Virus record (IMG/VR): IMGVR_UViG_3300030333_002885
Location: 11,598 to 75,597 of that record
Direction: 5' to 3' (one strand)
Origin: a virus
Length of the DNA stretch: 64,000 nucleotides
Shown here: positions 19,000 to 28,564 of the stretch, one piece after another
How the letters are laid out: every line of letters begins with the position of its first letter
How positions within the stretch are numbered: the stretch's first letter is position 1
Made by a program: the position numbers and the translations under genes
Notes under the pieces: generated by a model
The model's database searches: none
Told to the model about the DNA's origin: nothing
Seen by the model: the letters and a program-made list of their open reading frames with translations, nothing else

Positions 19000-19403
19000 T
19001 GGCACGAGATAAAGTCATAGTCTTTAATGGCGTAGATGGCAAGTGTAGAGTGGTAATCCCCACGGTGGATTGCACTCTATCGGACGATGCTATCATTTCT
19101 AAAGATATCTCTGCTTCAGAGTATTCTTTAATTGATGCATCTGATTTGCCCAATACTGCATTTAGATCAGCATGGAAGTATTACCATGACAGTAAGAATG
19201 TTATTGCTGAATTAGCAGATGCCAAAACTATTACTAAAGAAATTTTAGAGACAAGATATCTTGCTACTAAGAAAGAAAACGAAGATATACAGTCAATAGC
19301 AGACATGAAGGGTGAGTCTGCATCTCTTAAATCAAACCCTGCAGTACCATATTCTACAATTACTAACGCTACCTCTGTATCCCAACTTGAAGCACTCTTG
19401 TAA
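18999..19403 (+). CDS. Tail-fibre assembly-like protein
   Basis: KD.......ID.SDLP...FRSAW pattern seen in phage fibre-associated proteins. Confidence 0.5.
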   Translation: MARDKVIVFNGVDGKCRVVIPTVDCTLSDDAIISKDISASEYSLIDASDLPNTAFRSAWKYYHDSKNVIAELADAKTITKEILETRYLATKKENEDIQSIADMKGESASLKSNPAVPYSTITNATSVSQLEALL

Positions 19404-20023
19404 TGATCAGAAAAAGAACTCTCACTGAGAGAGCACAGACAAATGAGACCATGAATAGGTCTCATGAGGATCCTTTTTATATTTTTGCAATAAATGATGA
19501 TGCTATTGCAAGATTAAGTAGATATGTTGCTACTATACCAGAAGATGTATGGATACCTGAGAAGTGTGGTTATGCTGATCCTAATTTAGGTGTAGATCCT
19601 AGAGATGATTATAGGGTATGTGATGTACATTGTCCTAAGACTGGATCAGATGTAGAAGTTATTGGACAGTCTTTGTTTAATGTAGTTAATAATAAGCATT
19701 ACCAGTTTGATATTAATACCTTTGAATTTCAAATTCTTAGGTATCGTGCTGGTGGTCAGTTTGACTGGCACTGTGATTATGGTGTTGCTCCTAATAAGCA
19801 AGTCTGGAGAAAATTATCTATGAGTGTTCAACTCTCTGCCCCTGAAGATTATAAGGGTGGAGAGTTAATTATTGTGGATTATTTTAATAAGCATTGTCAG
19901 ATACCTAATCCCCAAGGTGCTTGTGTTGTATTTGATTCTAGATGTCCTCATAGAGCACAACCAGTAACAGAAGGAATTAGATATGTTTTAGTAGGATGGG
20001 CTAGTGGTCCTAAGCTCCGATAA
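19403..20023 (+). CDS. 2OG-Fe(II) oxygenase (PKHD/prolyl hydroxylase-like)
   Basis: WHCD, RKLSMSVQLS...Y.GGEL, H...PVT.G.RY.LV.W..GP. Confidence 0.88.
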   Translation: MIRKRTLTERAQTNETMNRSHEDPFYIFAINDDAIARLSRYVATIPEDVWIPEKCGYADPNLGVDPRDDYRVCDVHCPKTGSDVEVIGQSLFNVVNNKHYQFDINTFEFQILRYRAGGQFDWHCDYGVAPNKQVWRKLSMSVQLSAPEDYKGGELIIVDYFNKHCQIPNPQGACVVFDSRCPHRAQPVTEGIRYVLVGWASGPKLR

Positions 20024-20669
20024 TATTAGGATTAAACGCTTTCTTTAGGTTACGACTCTTAGTCTGAGAGGAATCTTTATAACTTAATGCTTCTTTCATC
20101 TCTAGTATGAATGATGTTAGATACTCTCTTCTCATAAGTTTTATATTCCTTTTATCCTCATTTGCTCTAGTCTCAGCCATCCAGTTACTAATACCAAGAA
20201 CTATTTTCTCTCCAGATAATGTAATATTGTGATTGTCTGGATCTGGTATTGTAAAAGTTTTATCAACTCTTAGACCTTTTGGCATAACTAGTCTACCATT
20301 AGAGTCTTTAACTTCTATTGTTTCATAGAATTTTGTTGCGTTTAGATCTGGACCGTATTTCCTTTCACAATAATTATACAGAGTTTTACTACTCATTGGC
20401 CAGTCAGTTCTAGCATTAATAATATTAGCACCTATTAATACAATCCAATCTAGTGATGGATCTCCATATGCTTTATCAGCTACATCCATTGGTCTTTCAC
20501 CATCTTCAATAGTATATGATCTGAGGTATGCTACATTTGGTATCATATCATCTCTTATTTTTGCTCTTAGAAAAATATTCTTTGCAGTAACATAGTTTTC
20601 ATTATCGTAACTACTGGATAGTGGGTTACGATATTGTATATCTGGTAGTTGTGAGAAATAATGTGCCAT
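20010..20669 (-). CDS. gp53: Baseplate wedge protein gp53
   Basis: YFSQLP.I.Y, KNIF.R, GERP..VA...YG...LDW. Confidence 0.88.
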   Translation of the reverse strand: MAHYFSQLPDIQYRNPLSSSYDNENYVTAKNIFLRAKIRDDMIPNVAYLRSYTIEDGERPMDVADKAYGDPSLDWIVLIGANIINARTDWPMSSKTLYNYCERKYGPDLNATKFYETIEVKDSNGRLVMPKGLRVDKTFTIPDPDNHNITLSGEKIVLGISNWMAETRANEDKRNIKLMRREYLTSFILEMKEALSYKDSSQTKSRNLKKAFNPNIIGA

Positions 20670-20670
20670 T

Positions 20671-21675
20671 TTAGTATCCTACTCCTTTTAGTGCAAATGA
20701 ACCACCTTCACCATAATCTTCAGCATATATTGGATTAAGTTCTTGGAATTTTAGTTGTAATGTCAGATGTACAGGTGTACCATCAGGATATGTTGCATAA
20801 GTTCCACTACCTGTATAGTTTATACCCATACTGGCTAAGGCACATGGTTTAAAACTATTAAGGAAATCATGCTTGTTAGCACCTGTCATGTAAGTTATTC
20901 TAAAGATATCAGGTGCATTTAAAAATCCTGTTCGTGTTTTGGCTCTTTTAGGAGCCATTTTTTGTTTCAATGTTCTTATAATATCTTTAACCACACCTGC
21001 TTCTTGTTGATTTCTAGGTGCTATATCCCATTTAAAATCAAACCCTCTCATCTTAACACCTTTAAATATCAATTCTTCATTCTGGGCAATTGTTCTTCCA
21101 GTCGATCTTGATAACATAGACTCTACACTCATATTACCACCAGCAACATTAGCAACAGCAGCTGCTGCTTTTGCTTTAATTAGATCTATTACTTGGTTTG
21201 CTCTTGACCTACCACCAGGTTGCTTAAAGTTTTCGTTTATCCATGCTTCCCGATTGTCTGCGTTTGCCAAATCATTCCATGATTTACCCATCAATTTTCC
21301 AGTATTAGCCGCTAACCATGCACTAAGATCATTTAATTGGTCTTCTCTCCAACCAGCAGCATTACTATCGTTAATACTTTTCGGTATTGGTAGTATTATT
21401 GTTTGATCTGCTACACCAGATACCATGTCTGATATATCTTGAGCACCTCCTGTTGTTATTCCACCTTGATCGAATAAACTGCTTAATTTATTTCCAGTAC
21501 CACCTCTAGGATATTTTAGAACTTCTATTTTAAAGTAATCTGTTGTCGAACTTATAATATCATATGGATACCTTAAAGTTTCACCCTTAGATTCTGCAAC
21601 TGATGAATTTGCATTGGATTTGGATGATAAACTATCTAATATATTAGATGTAAAATTTGTGTCTAGTGTCGCCAT
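20671..21675 (-). CDS. gp48: Baseplate tail-tube cap gp48
   Basis: LRYP, LPIP, ELIF.G...R.F.F...PRN..EA, YT..G.YATY.DG.P, F.EL.PI. Confidence 0.85.
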   Translation of the reverse strand: MATLDTNFTSNILDSLSSKSNANSSVAESKGETLRYPYDIISSTTDYFKIEVLKYPRGGTGNKLSSLFDQGGITTGGAQDISDMVSGVADQTIILPIPKSINDSNAAGWREDQLNDLSAWLAANTGKLMGKSWNDLANADNREAWINENFKQPGGRSRANQVIDLIKAKAAAAVANVAGGNMSVESMLSRSTGRTIAQNEELIFKGVKMRGFDFKWDIAPRNQQEAGVVKDIIRTLKQKMAPKRAKTRTGFLNAPDIFRITYMTGANKHDFLNSFKPCALASMGINYTGSGTYATYPDGTPVHLTLQLKFQELNPIYAEDYGEGGSFALKGVGY

Positions 21676-21689
21676 TACACACTATCTTT

Positions 21690-22043
21690 TTATGTATTTA
21701 GCTTGAATTTCGCATATGACAGTGATCTAGCATCTTGCACTTCTTGTCCTGCCATTAATTCATGGAATTCTCCTACTACTTCTGGCCATGTATAATTTCT
21801 CATTTTACCCCAATGATAATTAAATCCTTTAATACCCCATCTTTTTATTTCCATACATGCTATTAGAGGAAATTCATCATATTCTATACCAACAGTCTTT
21901 GGTAGATATACGAAAGTATAGTATTTACCTGTCTCTGGGAGTATTACCTTACTATCTTGTAAAACATTTAAAATTTCCAGCATGGTATCTTCTGGATCTT
22001 CTGTTCCAATGAACTCATCTACAATTGGCTGCAGTCTAGACAC
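21690..22043 (-). CDS. Short gp2-like (DNA end protector-related) protein
   Basis: GKYYTFVY.PKT..YD.FPL...GFNYH; position between gp4 and gp48. Confidence 0.6.
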   Translation of the reverse strand: MSRLQPIVDEFIGTEDPEDTMLEILNVLQDSKVILPETGKYYTFVYLPKTVGIEYDEFPLIACMEIKRWGIKGFNYHWGKMRNYTWPEVVGEFHELMAGQEVQDARSLSYAKFKLNT

Positions 22044-22470
22044 CTAAATTATCCTCCGTTAGTATCTTAAATTCCATCATTCTATCCTTACAGAAGGTTG
22101 TTGCAGCATTCCATTTAGCCTGATTTTTAGTATATTCCATAACTTCTCTGATATATTTTTTCGTCTTAACCCTTTGTATGACTGGTTCCTTGCACTGTTT
22201 TTTCGGTTTAATCTCTATAATGTACTTCTGTAGTGATCCTGAACGATCTTTGAGTTTTATGTAGAAATCAGGGAAGTAACGATGAATTCTGTTGTCAAGA
22301 GGAGAACGATAAGGAATTATAACTTCTTCGCTACCCCATTCTAAAATATTATTATTTCTGTCACAATATTTCATAAACTTTCTCTCCCAGAGAGACCTAT
22401 AAATAATATTACGATGATCCCCTCGATATTTTGTAATATTAGTAGGTCTAAACCTTCCTGAATACGCCAT
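22036..22470 (-). CDS. gp4: Head completion nuclease gp4
   Basis: YRSLWERKFM.YCD, W.SEE, HRYFPDF, IEIKP, NQAKW, LTE. Confidence 0.92.
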   Translation of the reverse strand: MAYSGRFRPTNITKYRGDHRNIIYRSLWERKFMKYCDRNNNILEWGSEEVIIPYRSPLDNRIHRYFPDFYIKLKDRSGSLQKYIIEIKPKKQCKEPVIQRVKTKKYIREVMEYTKNQAKWNAATTFCKDRMMEFKILTEDNLGV

Positions 22471-22500
22471 ATCATACACCATTTCTGTTAGGTATTTATT

Positions 22501-23394
22501 GTGACCCGTTATCCAAGAGTCAAAAAGACAAGTCAAATTGTAAGTTTATTTCAAAAGGTTGCCACAACCAACCATTATGAAGTATTCTTTAGTGGTTTTG
22601 GTGCTATGACTAAACTGAGAGGTCATATAAGCAGTAGAGCACCATTAGTTAACAATTGGTTTATCACTAGAGATCTAGGTTTACTTTGTTCAGCAGCTGA
22701 ATTGCCAGCAACATCTTTTGGTACAGCACAGATAGAAGGTAATAGGATGGGTGTGGTAGAGAAGATGGCTCATACTAGGATATTTACTGACACCTCTATG
22801 ACATTTTATTGTGATATGGATTATAGAGTGGTTCAATTCTTTGAATTATGGCAAGATTTTATTGCATCTGGTGGTGAAGTTGGAAGACAGTCTGGTATTA
22901 ATAGAAAGATAGAGAAGGGTTATTACTACCGTATGCAATATCCACAGGAATATAAAGTAGACACTATAAGAATACAGAAATTTAATAAAGATCATTTTAG
23001 AAATATTGAATATACTTTCCTTAATGCTTGGCCTGTTAATGTAACTTCAATGCCAGTTGCATATAATGGTAATAGAGTGCTAGAATGTACAGTAACATTC
23101 GCTTATGATCGTTACTACTTTGGTGCTATTGATAGTAGATCTCGTTCTATGGTAGGTTCAAATCTACAGAATGATGGTACTGTTGGTACTACTGTTGAAA
23201 CAGGAGTAGGTGGATTTGCCGATCAGACTGGTGCTAACCTAAATGAAACGACTATTTACAAATTAGATGGTCTTGAGAAAACTGGATTTACACTTACTCA
23301 GGATGATTTAGATAAAGCTAAGGCAGATAGAGCTATAAAAGATAATAGTGTAGGAGATTTCCCTACAAAAAGTTTTATAAATGATATTGCATAA
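22501..23394 (+). CDS. Tail tube initiator (gp54/gp19-like)
   Basis: LLC..AELP, FE.WQ, YP.EY, F.NAWP, V.F.Y. Confidence 0.7.
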   Translation: MTRYPRVKKTSQIVSLFQKVATTNHYEVFFSGFGAMTKLRGHISSRAPLVNNWFITRDLGLLCSAAELPATSFGTAQIEGNRMGVVEKMAHTRIFTDTSMTFYCDMDYRVVQFFELWQDFIASGGEVGRQSGINRKIEKGYYYRMQYPQEYKVDTIRIQKFNKDHFRNIEYTFLNAWPVNVTSMPVAYNGNRVLECTVTFAYDRYYFGAIDSRSRSMVGSNLQNDGTVGTTVETGVGGFADQTGANLNETTIYKLDGLEKTGFTLTQDDLDKAKADRAIKDNSVGDFPTKSFINDIA

Positions 23395-23427
23395 ATTATG
23401 CTATAATATACATGATGGAGTTTCAGT

Positions 23428-24120
23428 ATGGCATTAGCGAAAGATCTTAAAGAAGGGACTAAACAGTCTCACTCAGCAGCAGAGAATACAAAATTTGTAT
23501 CATCATTCCTGCGTGGAGTAGTTAATAAAGAAAAGTATAGGCAACTTGTTGCCAACTATTACTTCATCTATCAAGCGATGGAGGTAGAAGTACTTCGATT
23601 AAAAGATGATCCTATTGTAGGACCATTGAACATGAAGGAACTTTATAGACATCGTAGTCTAGCAAAAGACTGCGAGTATTTTTATGGAAAAGATTGGGAC
23701 AAGACGATCTATCCTACTGAAGCATGTCAACAGTATGTTAACCGTATCCGTGAAGTAGCACATGACGAGACTGAACTTCTTGTGGGTCATCATTATACTA
23801 GATATTTGGGTGATCTCTCTGGGGGTCAGATCCTTAGAAATATTGCTAAGAACGCTCTTAAGTTAGATGATGGTGGTTTAGACTTCTATGAGTTCCCTGA
23901 GATAGAGAATAAGAAGGAGTTTAAAAATAACTATCGTGCTACACTAAATACACTGCCTGTGACAGAATCACAAGTATCTGCTATCGTATCAGAGGCAAAC
24001 TATGCATTTCGTCTGAATATGTTTATGTTTGATGAGTTAGATGGCAACGCACTCAAATCCACATTGGCTTACATATGTGGTATAATTAAAGGAAAAACTG
24101 ATGCCACTACCAAAGATTAA
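23428..24120 (+). CDS. ho1: Heme oxygenase
   Basis: LKEGTKQSHSAAENT, HHYTRYLGDLSGGQIL, EANYAFRLN. Confidence 0.96.
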   Translation: MALAKDLKEGTKQSHSAAENTKFVSSFLRGVVNKEKYRQLVANYYFIYQAMEVEVLRLKDDPIVGPLNMKELYRHRSLAKDCEYFYGKDWDKTIYPTEACQQYVNRIREVAHDETELLVGHHYTRYLGDLSGGQILRNIAKNALKLDDGGLDFYEFPEIENKKEFKNNYRATLNTLPVTESQVSAIVSEANYAFRLNMFMFDELDGNALKSTLAYICGIIKGKTDATTKD

Positions 24121-24817
24121 TGCACCAACCTATGAGATGGTGATTCCTTCTTCTAAGAAGAAGATTCGTTATAGACCATTTCTAGTTAAAGAAGAAAAGA
24201 TCCTTGTTATTGCTATGGAGAGTAATAATATTAAGGAGATTGCTACTGCAGTTAAGCAGGTTCTTAATAATTGTATTCTAACTAGAGGTATTAAGATTGA
24301 GAAACTATCTACATTTGATATTGAATATCTATTCCTTAATGTTAGGGGTAAGTCTGTTGGTGAGACTGTAGATATTAAAGTTACTTGTCCTGATGATGGT
24401 GAAACTGTTGTAGATGCAACTGTAGCATTAGATGATATTAAACTTTTAGAGGATCCAGAACATACTACTGAAATTAAATTAGATGAAAAAATATCTATGA
24501 AGATGAAGTATCCTTCATTGAATGAGTTTATTAAGGAAAATTTTGAATTAGAGAAAGTTGGATTTGATCAGTCATTTGAAATGATTGCTAGTTGTGTAGA
24601 CATCATTTATAATGATGAGGAAACTTGGAATTCTAGTGATTTTAGTAGGAAAGAGTTGATAGCATTTTTGGAACAATTAGGTTCTAAGCAGTTTAAAGAG
24701 TTGGAGAAATTCTTTGCTACTATGCCTAGACTGTTCCATGAGATTACTGTAGTTAACCCTAAGACTAAAGTTGAAAATACTATTCCATTGGAGGGATTAG
24801 CAGCTTTTTTCAACTAG
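24101..24817 (+). CDS. gp26: Baseplate hub subunit gp26
   Basis: MPLPKI..PTY, YRPFLVKEEK, FDIEYLFL..RGKSVGE, LEGL..FF. Confidence 0.92.
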   Translation: MPLPKINAPTYEMVIPSSKKKIRYRPFLVKEEKILVIAMESNNIKEIATAVKQVLNNCILTRGIKIEKLSTFDIEYLFLNVRGKSVGETVDIKVTCPDDGETVVDATVALDDIKLLEDPEHTTEIKLDEKISMKMKYPSLNEFIKENFELEKVGFDQSFEMIASCVDIIYNDEETWNSSDFSRKELIAFLEQLGSKQFKELEKFFATMPRLFHEITVVNPKTKVENTIPLEGLAAFFN

Positions 24818-24819
24818 CG

Positions 24820-25002
24820 ATGTTGCATGAGGATCTTGTATCATACTACAAGATCAACTTTGCCCTCATGCAGCATCATAAATATAGCTTGAGTGATATT
24901 GAGAATATGATTCCTTGGGAGAGAGAAATCTATCTATCCCTACTAAAACAACACATTGAGGAAGAAAATTCTAAAAATCAGCAAGCTAACGCAGGTATGT
25001 AA
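24820..25002 (+). CDS. gp51: Baseplate hub assembly catalyst gp51
   Basis: NFALMQHHKYSL..IENMIPWERE.Y. Confidence 0.92.
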   Translation: MLHEDLVSYYKINFALMQHHKYSLSDIENMIPWEREIYLSLLKQHIEEENSKNQQANAGM

Positions 25003-26759
25003 TGGCAGTACAGGCAAGTAAAGTATTTCCGCAATCTAGTAGATCTGATCGTCAAAGAGCACAGAGTGCTCAAGATGCTAGTGGTGGAATTACTACGAAA
25101 GATTATAATTCAATTACAAATAGTATAGCATCTATTAATAGAAATTTACTGGGTGTTCAGAAATTAATTGCTGCGGATTTGCAGCAAGATAATGAGGATG
25201 CTTTAAGAGAATCGAAAATTTCTAAAGCAAAGGCCGATGCACTTAAGAAAAAGAAGAAAGAAAATTTTATAGAGTTTGTTACTCAGAAAGCTTTAGTACA
25301 ACCAGTTAAAAAAGGTGCTAAGGTTGCTAAGAATGTTTTCAAAAAGTTTTTTGAAGCTCTTGGTCTGGTTTTTATTGGATGGTTAGCTGATAAAGGTGGT
25401 AAGTTATGGAAGGCAATTCAAGAAGGTGATCAGGAAAAGATACAGGAGATGAAGAATAATATTATAGGAGGACTAGCTGTTGCAGGTGGTGTCTTATTTG
25501 CCTTGAATGGTGGTATAGGATTGATTGTTACTGGTATTGGTGCTCTTATTGGTACTATTATTTCTAGTATTCCAGCAGTAATAGGTCTTCTTGCTAATCC
25601 TCTTGTATGGATGGGTATTGCTGCAGCAATAGCAACAACGGATGTAAAATCTGGCACAGATAAAGAAATATGGGATATGGTAGAGAATGCTAAAGGTGAT
25701 AGATCTGTAGCAATTGCTGAGATGAAAAAGAGAATTAATGAGTTGGAACAGAGAAAAAATGAACCTGGATTTAATATTAAGGATGAGTTGGAAGTTAATA
25801 CTGCTATAGCAGAATGGAATAGGCAATTAAGAGCATTAGAATTAGGATATTGGGGTACAGGTGATCCTAGATTCAGACATTCTGGATATGAAAGAACTAA
25901 TATTCTAGGTGGACATATTGGTAATGTTCAATTCTTTAATAAACATGATCGTTCATCCATATGGATGGATGATGATTTATATCTTGATGCTAAGAATGCT
26001 ACTAAGACACCAGAAAATATTGCTAATTTAATTAGGTATCAGGGACATCTAAGAGATATGAGTCGTATACGACAGAATCAACTCAATCTTAAAAAGCAGT
26101 TAGAGAATGATAAAATACAAGGTCAAGATAGAGAACATATTAAGGAATTAATTAGGTTAGAACAAGTTAAATTTGAACAAAATTATGTTGCATCAGAGAA
26201 GATTAAAGAAGGATTGGGTGAAGATCATAAGAAAGTGCTTGATACTTTATATCTAAGAATATTAAATTTGGATGGTGTAGGTAATAGGAGTGACTCTGAA
26301 GGTCCAGATAACAAGTTAGGTACTCTTGACGATGTTGTCATGAATCCTAAAGTTTATGAACAATTTGCTAGAATTCTGGAGAGAGTATATCCTGATACAA
26401 GACCAGAACAACATATGGAGATGCCTATAGGTACTGAGGGTGTGTTAGGGAAAACTGAATCCTTAGAGGGTACTCCTCCAGGCAACAGTAAAACTAATAA
26501 TTTCAGAGCTCCTAATCCTTTTGAGGTGGGTACTATTAATGGTACTAATGGTTCTAGTGAGACTAGTGTAGCAGTAAATCAGAGTACTGAAAAAACTCCT
26601 AATTTTGAGTTTGTTCCTTTAGGTTTAGAAGATATACAAACAGTGGATAATAATGATACAGGAGAAGTTGATAATTCTTTAACTGGTGTTAAGTCTATTG
26701 CTACTAGTAATAGTCAGAATAGTTTTGTGTGGCATTATAGTAATGTATATAACTCATGA
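25002..26759 (+). CDS. Tape-measure/hub-like structural protein with hydrophobic segments
   Basis: Coiled-coil N-terminus, LGLVFIGWL and a long G/A/I-rich hydrophobic stretch; follows gp51. Confidence 0.55.
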   Translation: MAVQASKVFPQSSRSDRQRAQSAQDASGGITTKDYNSITNSIASINRNLLGVQKLIAADLQQDNEDALRESKISKAKADALKKKKKENFIEFVTQKALVQPVKKGAKVAKNVFKKFFEALGLVFIGWLADKGGKLWKAIQEGDQEKIQEMKNNIIGGLAVAGGVLFALNGGIGLIVTGIGALIGTIISSIPAVIGLLANPLVWMGIAAAIATTDVKSGTDKEIWDMVENAKGDRSVAIAEMKKRINELEQRKNEPGFNIKDELEVNTAIAEWNRQLRALELGYWGTGDPRFRHSGYERTNILGGHIGNVQFFNKHDRSSIWMDDDLYLDAKNATKTPENIANLIRYQGHLRDMSRIRQNQLNLKKQLENDKIQGQDREHIKELIRLEQVKFEQNYVASEKIKEGLGEDHKKVLDTLYLRILNLDGVGNRSDSEGPDNKLGTLDDVVMNPKVYEQFARILERVYPDTRPEQHMEMPIGTEGVLGKTESLEGTPPGNSKTNNFRAPNPFEVGTINGTNGSSETSVAVNQSTEKTPNFEFVPLGLEDIQTVDNNDTGEVDNSLTGVKSIATSNSQNSFVWHYSNVYNS

Positions 26760-28564
26760 AAATAGTAAATAGCAAAGAATTTTTTAATACAATGTCTTTC
26801 GGGTTGTTAGCAATCCGACAGACTACTCTTGGTATTAAAAAATCTTTAGAGCAAAAGACTAGGGCAGATAAGAAAAGGCAGATACAGAGATCTATTGATG
26901 CTAAAAAGTTGATGGATACTCAGCAGAAGGCTGATAAGGAAAAATTATTAGAACAGAAGAAGGATGATGGTGCAGATGTATCAGAGAATCCAATAAAGAA
27001 AACTGTAGGTAGTTTTTGGCAGAGACTTATTACTGCTATTGGGTGGGTTCTTGTTGGATGGTTAACACAATATCTTCCCAAATTTTTAAAGATAGTTAAA
27101 GATGTAACCGAAAAGATTAAAAAGATTATTAAAGCTGTTGTAGATGTTGTTCAGGCTGTTGTTGGAACGATAAAAGAAGTGTGGGATGTTTTAGCACAAT
27201 TTGGTGAGAATATGCTTAAAGGTGATTGGTTGGATAGTGAAGGTAAGTTAAGAGCTGAGTTTAGAGAGATGGAGATGTCCTTAGGTAATTCAATAGATAC
27301 CACTAGGAAATCTTTTAGAGATATTGGTGATTTAATTCAAAATTATGGTGGAAAAAAAGATGCGAAATGGCAGAGACCTGATAGAAGAAATATAATACTT
27401 CCTGCAAATGAGCAAAAACCAATAGTTGAAGATGGAAAAAATATTTTTGATGGATCTGAGGTAATTAGCGAGGAGAAAAAGGAAGAACTTAATAGTGCTC
27501 CTATTGGTCCTGATTTTAAATCTGTATATAATTTAATTGCTGAACTTAACGGTAGAAATTATAACAGTGTTGGCAACTCTACTGTAGATGATCTTACTAG
27601 TAAGACTATCGGTGAGGTAATGAAAATGGAGGGTGAAGTTGGAAGATATGGATTTGCTCCTGCTCGTTTAAAGACAAATGCTGAAAGAGCTCTTTTAACT
27701 GAAGATGATGTATTTGATGAGAAGAATCAAGATAAAATGGCACATTACGCTTTATTAGCTGCAGGTATTAATGAGAATGTTACGGTTGAAAAGTTTGAGG
27801 AAATTATTGAGAGGGTAGCAAAAGTAGATATTCCAGAGGCTAAGGTAGAAGAAGCATGGCATAGGTTTATGAGAACTAAACCTCAAGGTGGTGCTGATGG
27901 TAAAAACAATCGTGCTTTACAGTTTATGACTGGTAGAAAACCTACTGAGACAAGAGTTGTTGGATATGTAGGAAGTACTGGTAATTCTACTGGTCCTCAC
28001 ATTCATATCCAAAGATTCCCACCACCTAGAGATTTTGAGTCAGATCATATTAATACTGATCATCCTGTATTAGATCATATTTTTGTTGGTGGTAAACCTC
28101 TAAAATCATGGGAGATGACATCTCCACCAATGCCTGATCGTTGGGGTAGACCTCATTATGGTCCTGATTATGGTGGTTATGGTATTAATGGACAACCTAT
28201 TCAATTCTCAGATCAAATAACTTATGGTGATAATTTATATCAAGAGGCTCCTGACGCTGCTGAAGGAAATAATATATTATTTACATTTGGTGGAGAACAA
28301 TTTACTATATTCCATTTAAGTGCAGGACCAGATCCTATTGATATTAAACCTCAGAATAAAAATATTAAGACTAGTAGGACTAGTAGTAGTCTAGAATTAC
28401 CTGTTATGGAGAGTGATGTAGTTACCGTCCCAATTCCTTCTCTAAATAATGGTGGTATGGTAGCATCTATACCATCTGGACAAATGGTTGAACTTCCAGA
28501 GTCAGGTAGTGGTAGTATAGATGCTTTGACTCTTTTAAAAAATCTTAATACACACTATACATAA
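26756..28564 (+). CDS. Tape-measure/hub-like protein with an M23-peptidase-like domain
   Basis: Coiled coil, IGWVLVGWL, GYVGSTGNSTGPHIH, HYGPD. Confidence 0.6.
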   Translation: MKIVNSKEFFNTMSFGLLAIRQTTLGIKKSLEQKTRADKKRQIQRSIDAKKLMDTQQKADKEKLLEQKKDDGADVSENPIKKTVGSFWQRLITAIGWVLVGWLTQYLPKFLKIVKDVTEKIKKIIKAVVDVVQAVVGTIKEVWDVLAQFGENMLKGDWLDSEGKLRAEFREMEMSLGNSIDTTRKSFRDIGDLIQNYGGKKDAKWQRPDRRNIILPANEQKPIVEDGKNIFDGSEVISEEKKEELNSAPIGPDFKSVYNLIAELNGRNYNSVGNSTVDDLTSKTIGEVMKMEGEVGRYGFAPARLKTNAERALLTEDDVFDEKNQDKMAHYALLAAGINENVTVEKFEEIIERVAKVDIPEAKVEEAWHRFMRTKPQGGADGKNNRALQFMTGRKPTETRVVGYVGSTGNSTGPHIHIQRFPPPRDFESDHINTDHPVLDHIFVGGKPLKSWEMTSPPMPDRWGRPHYGPDYGGYGINGQPIQFSDQITYGDNLYQEAPDAAEGNNILFTFGGEQFTIFHLSAGPDPIDIKPQNKNIKTSRTSSSLELPVMESDVVTVPIPSLNNGGMVASIPSGQMVELPESGSGSIDALTLLKNLNTHYT

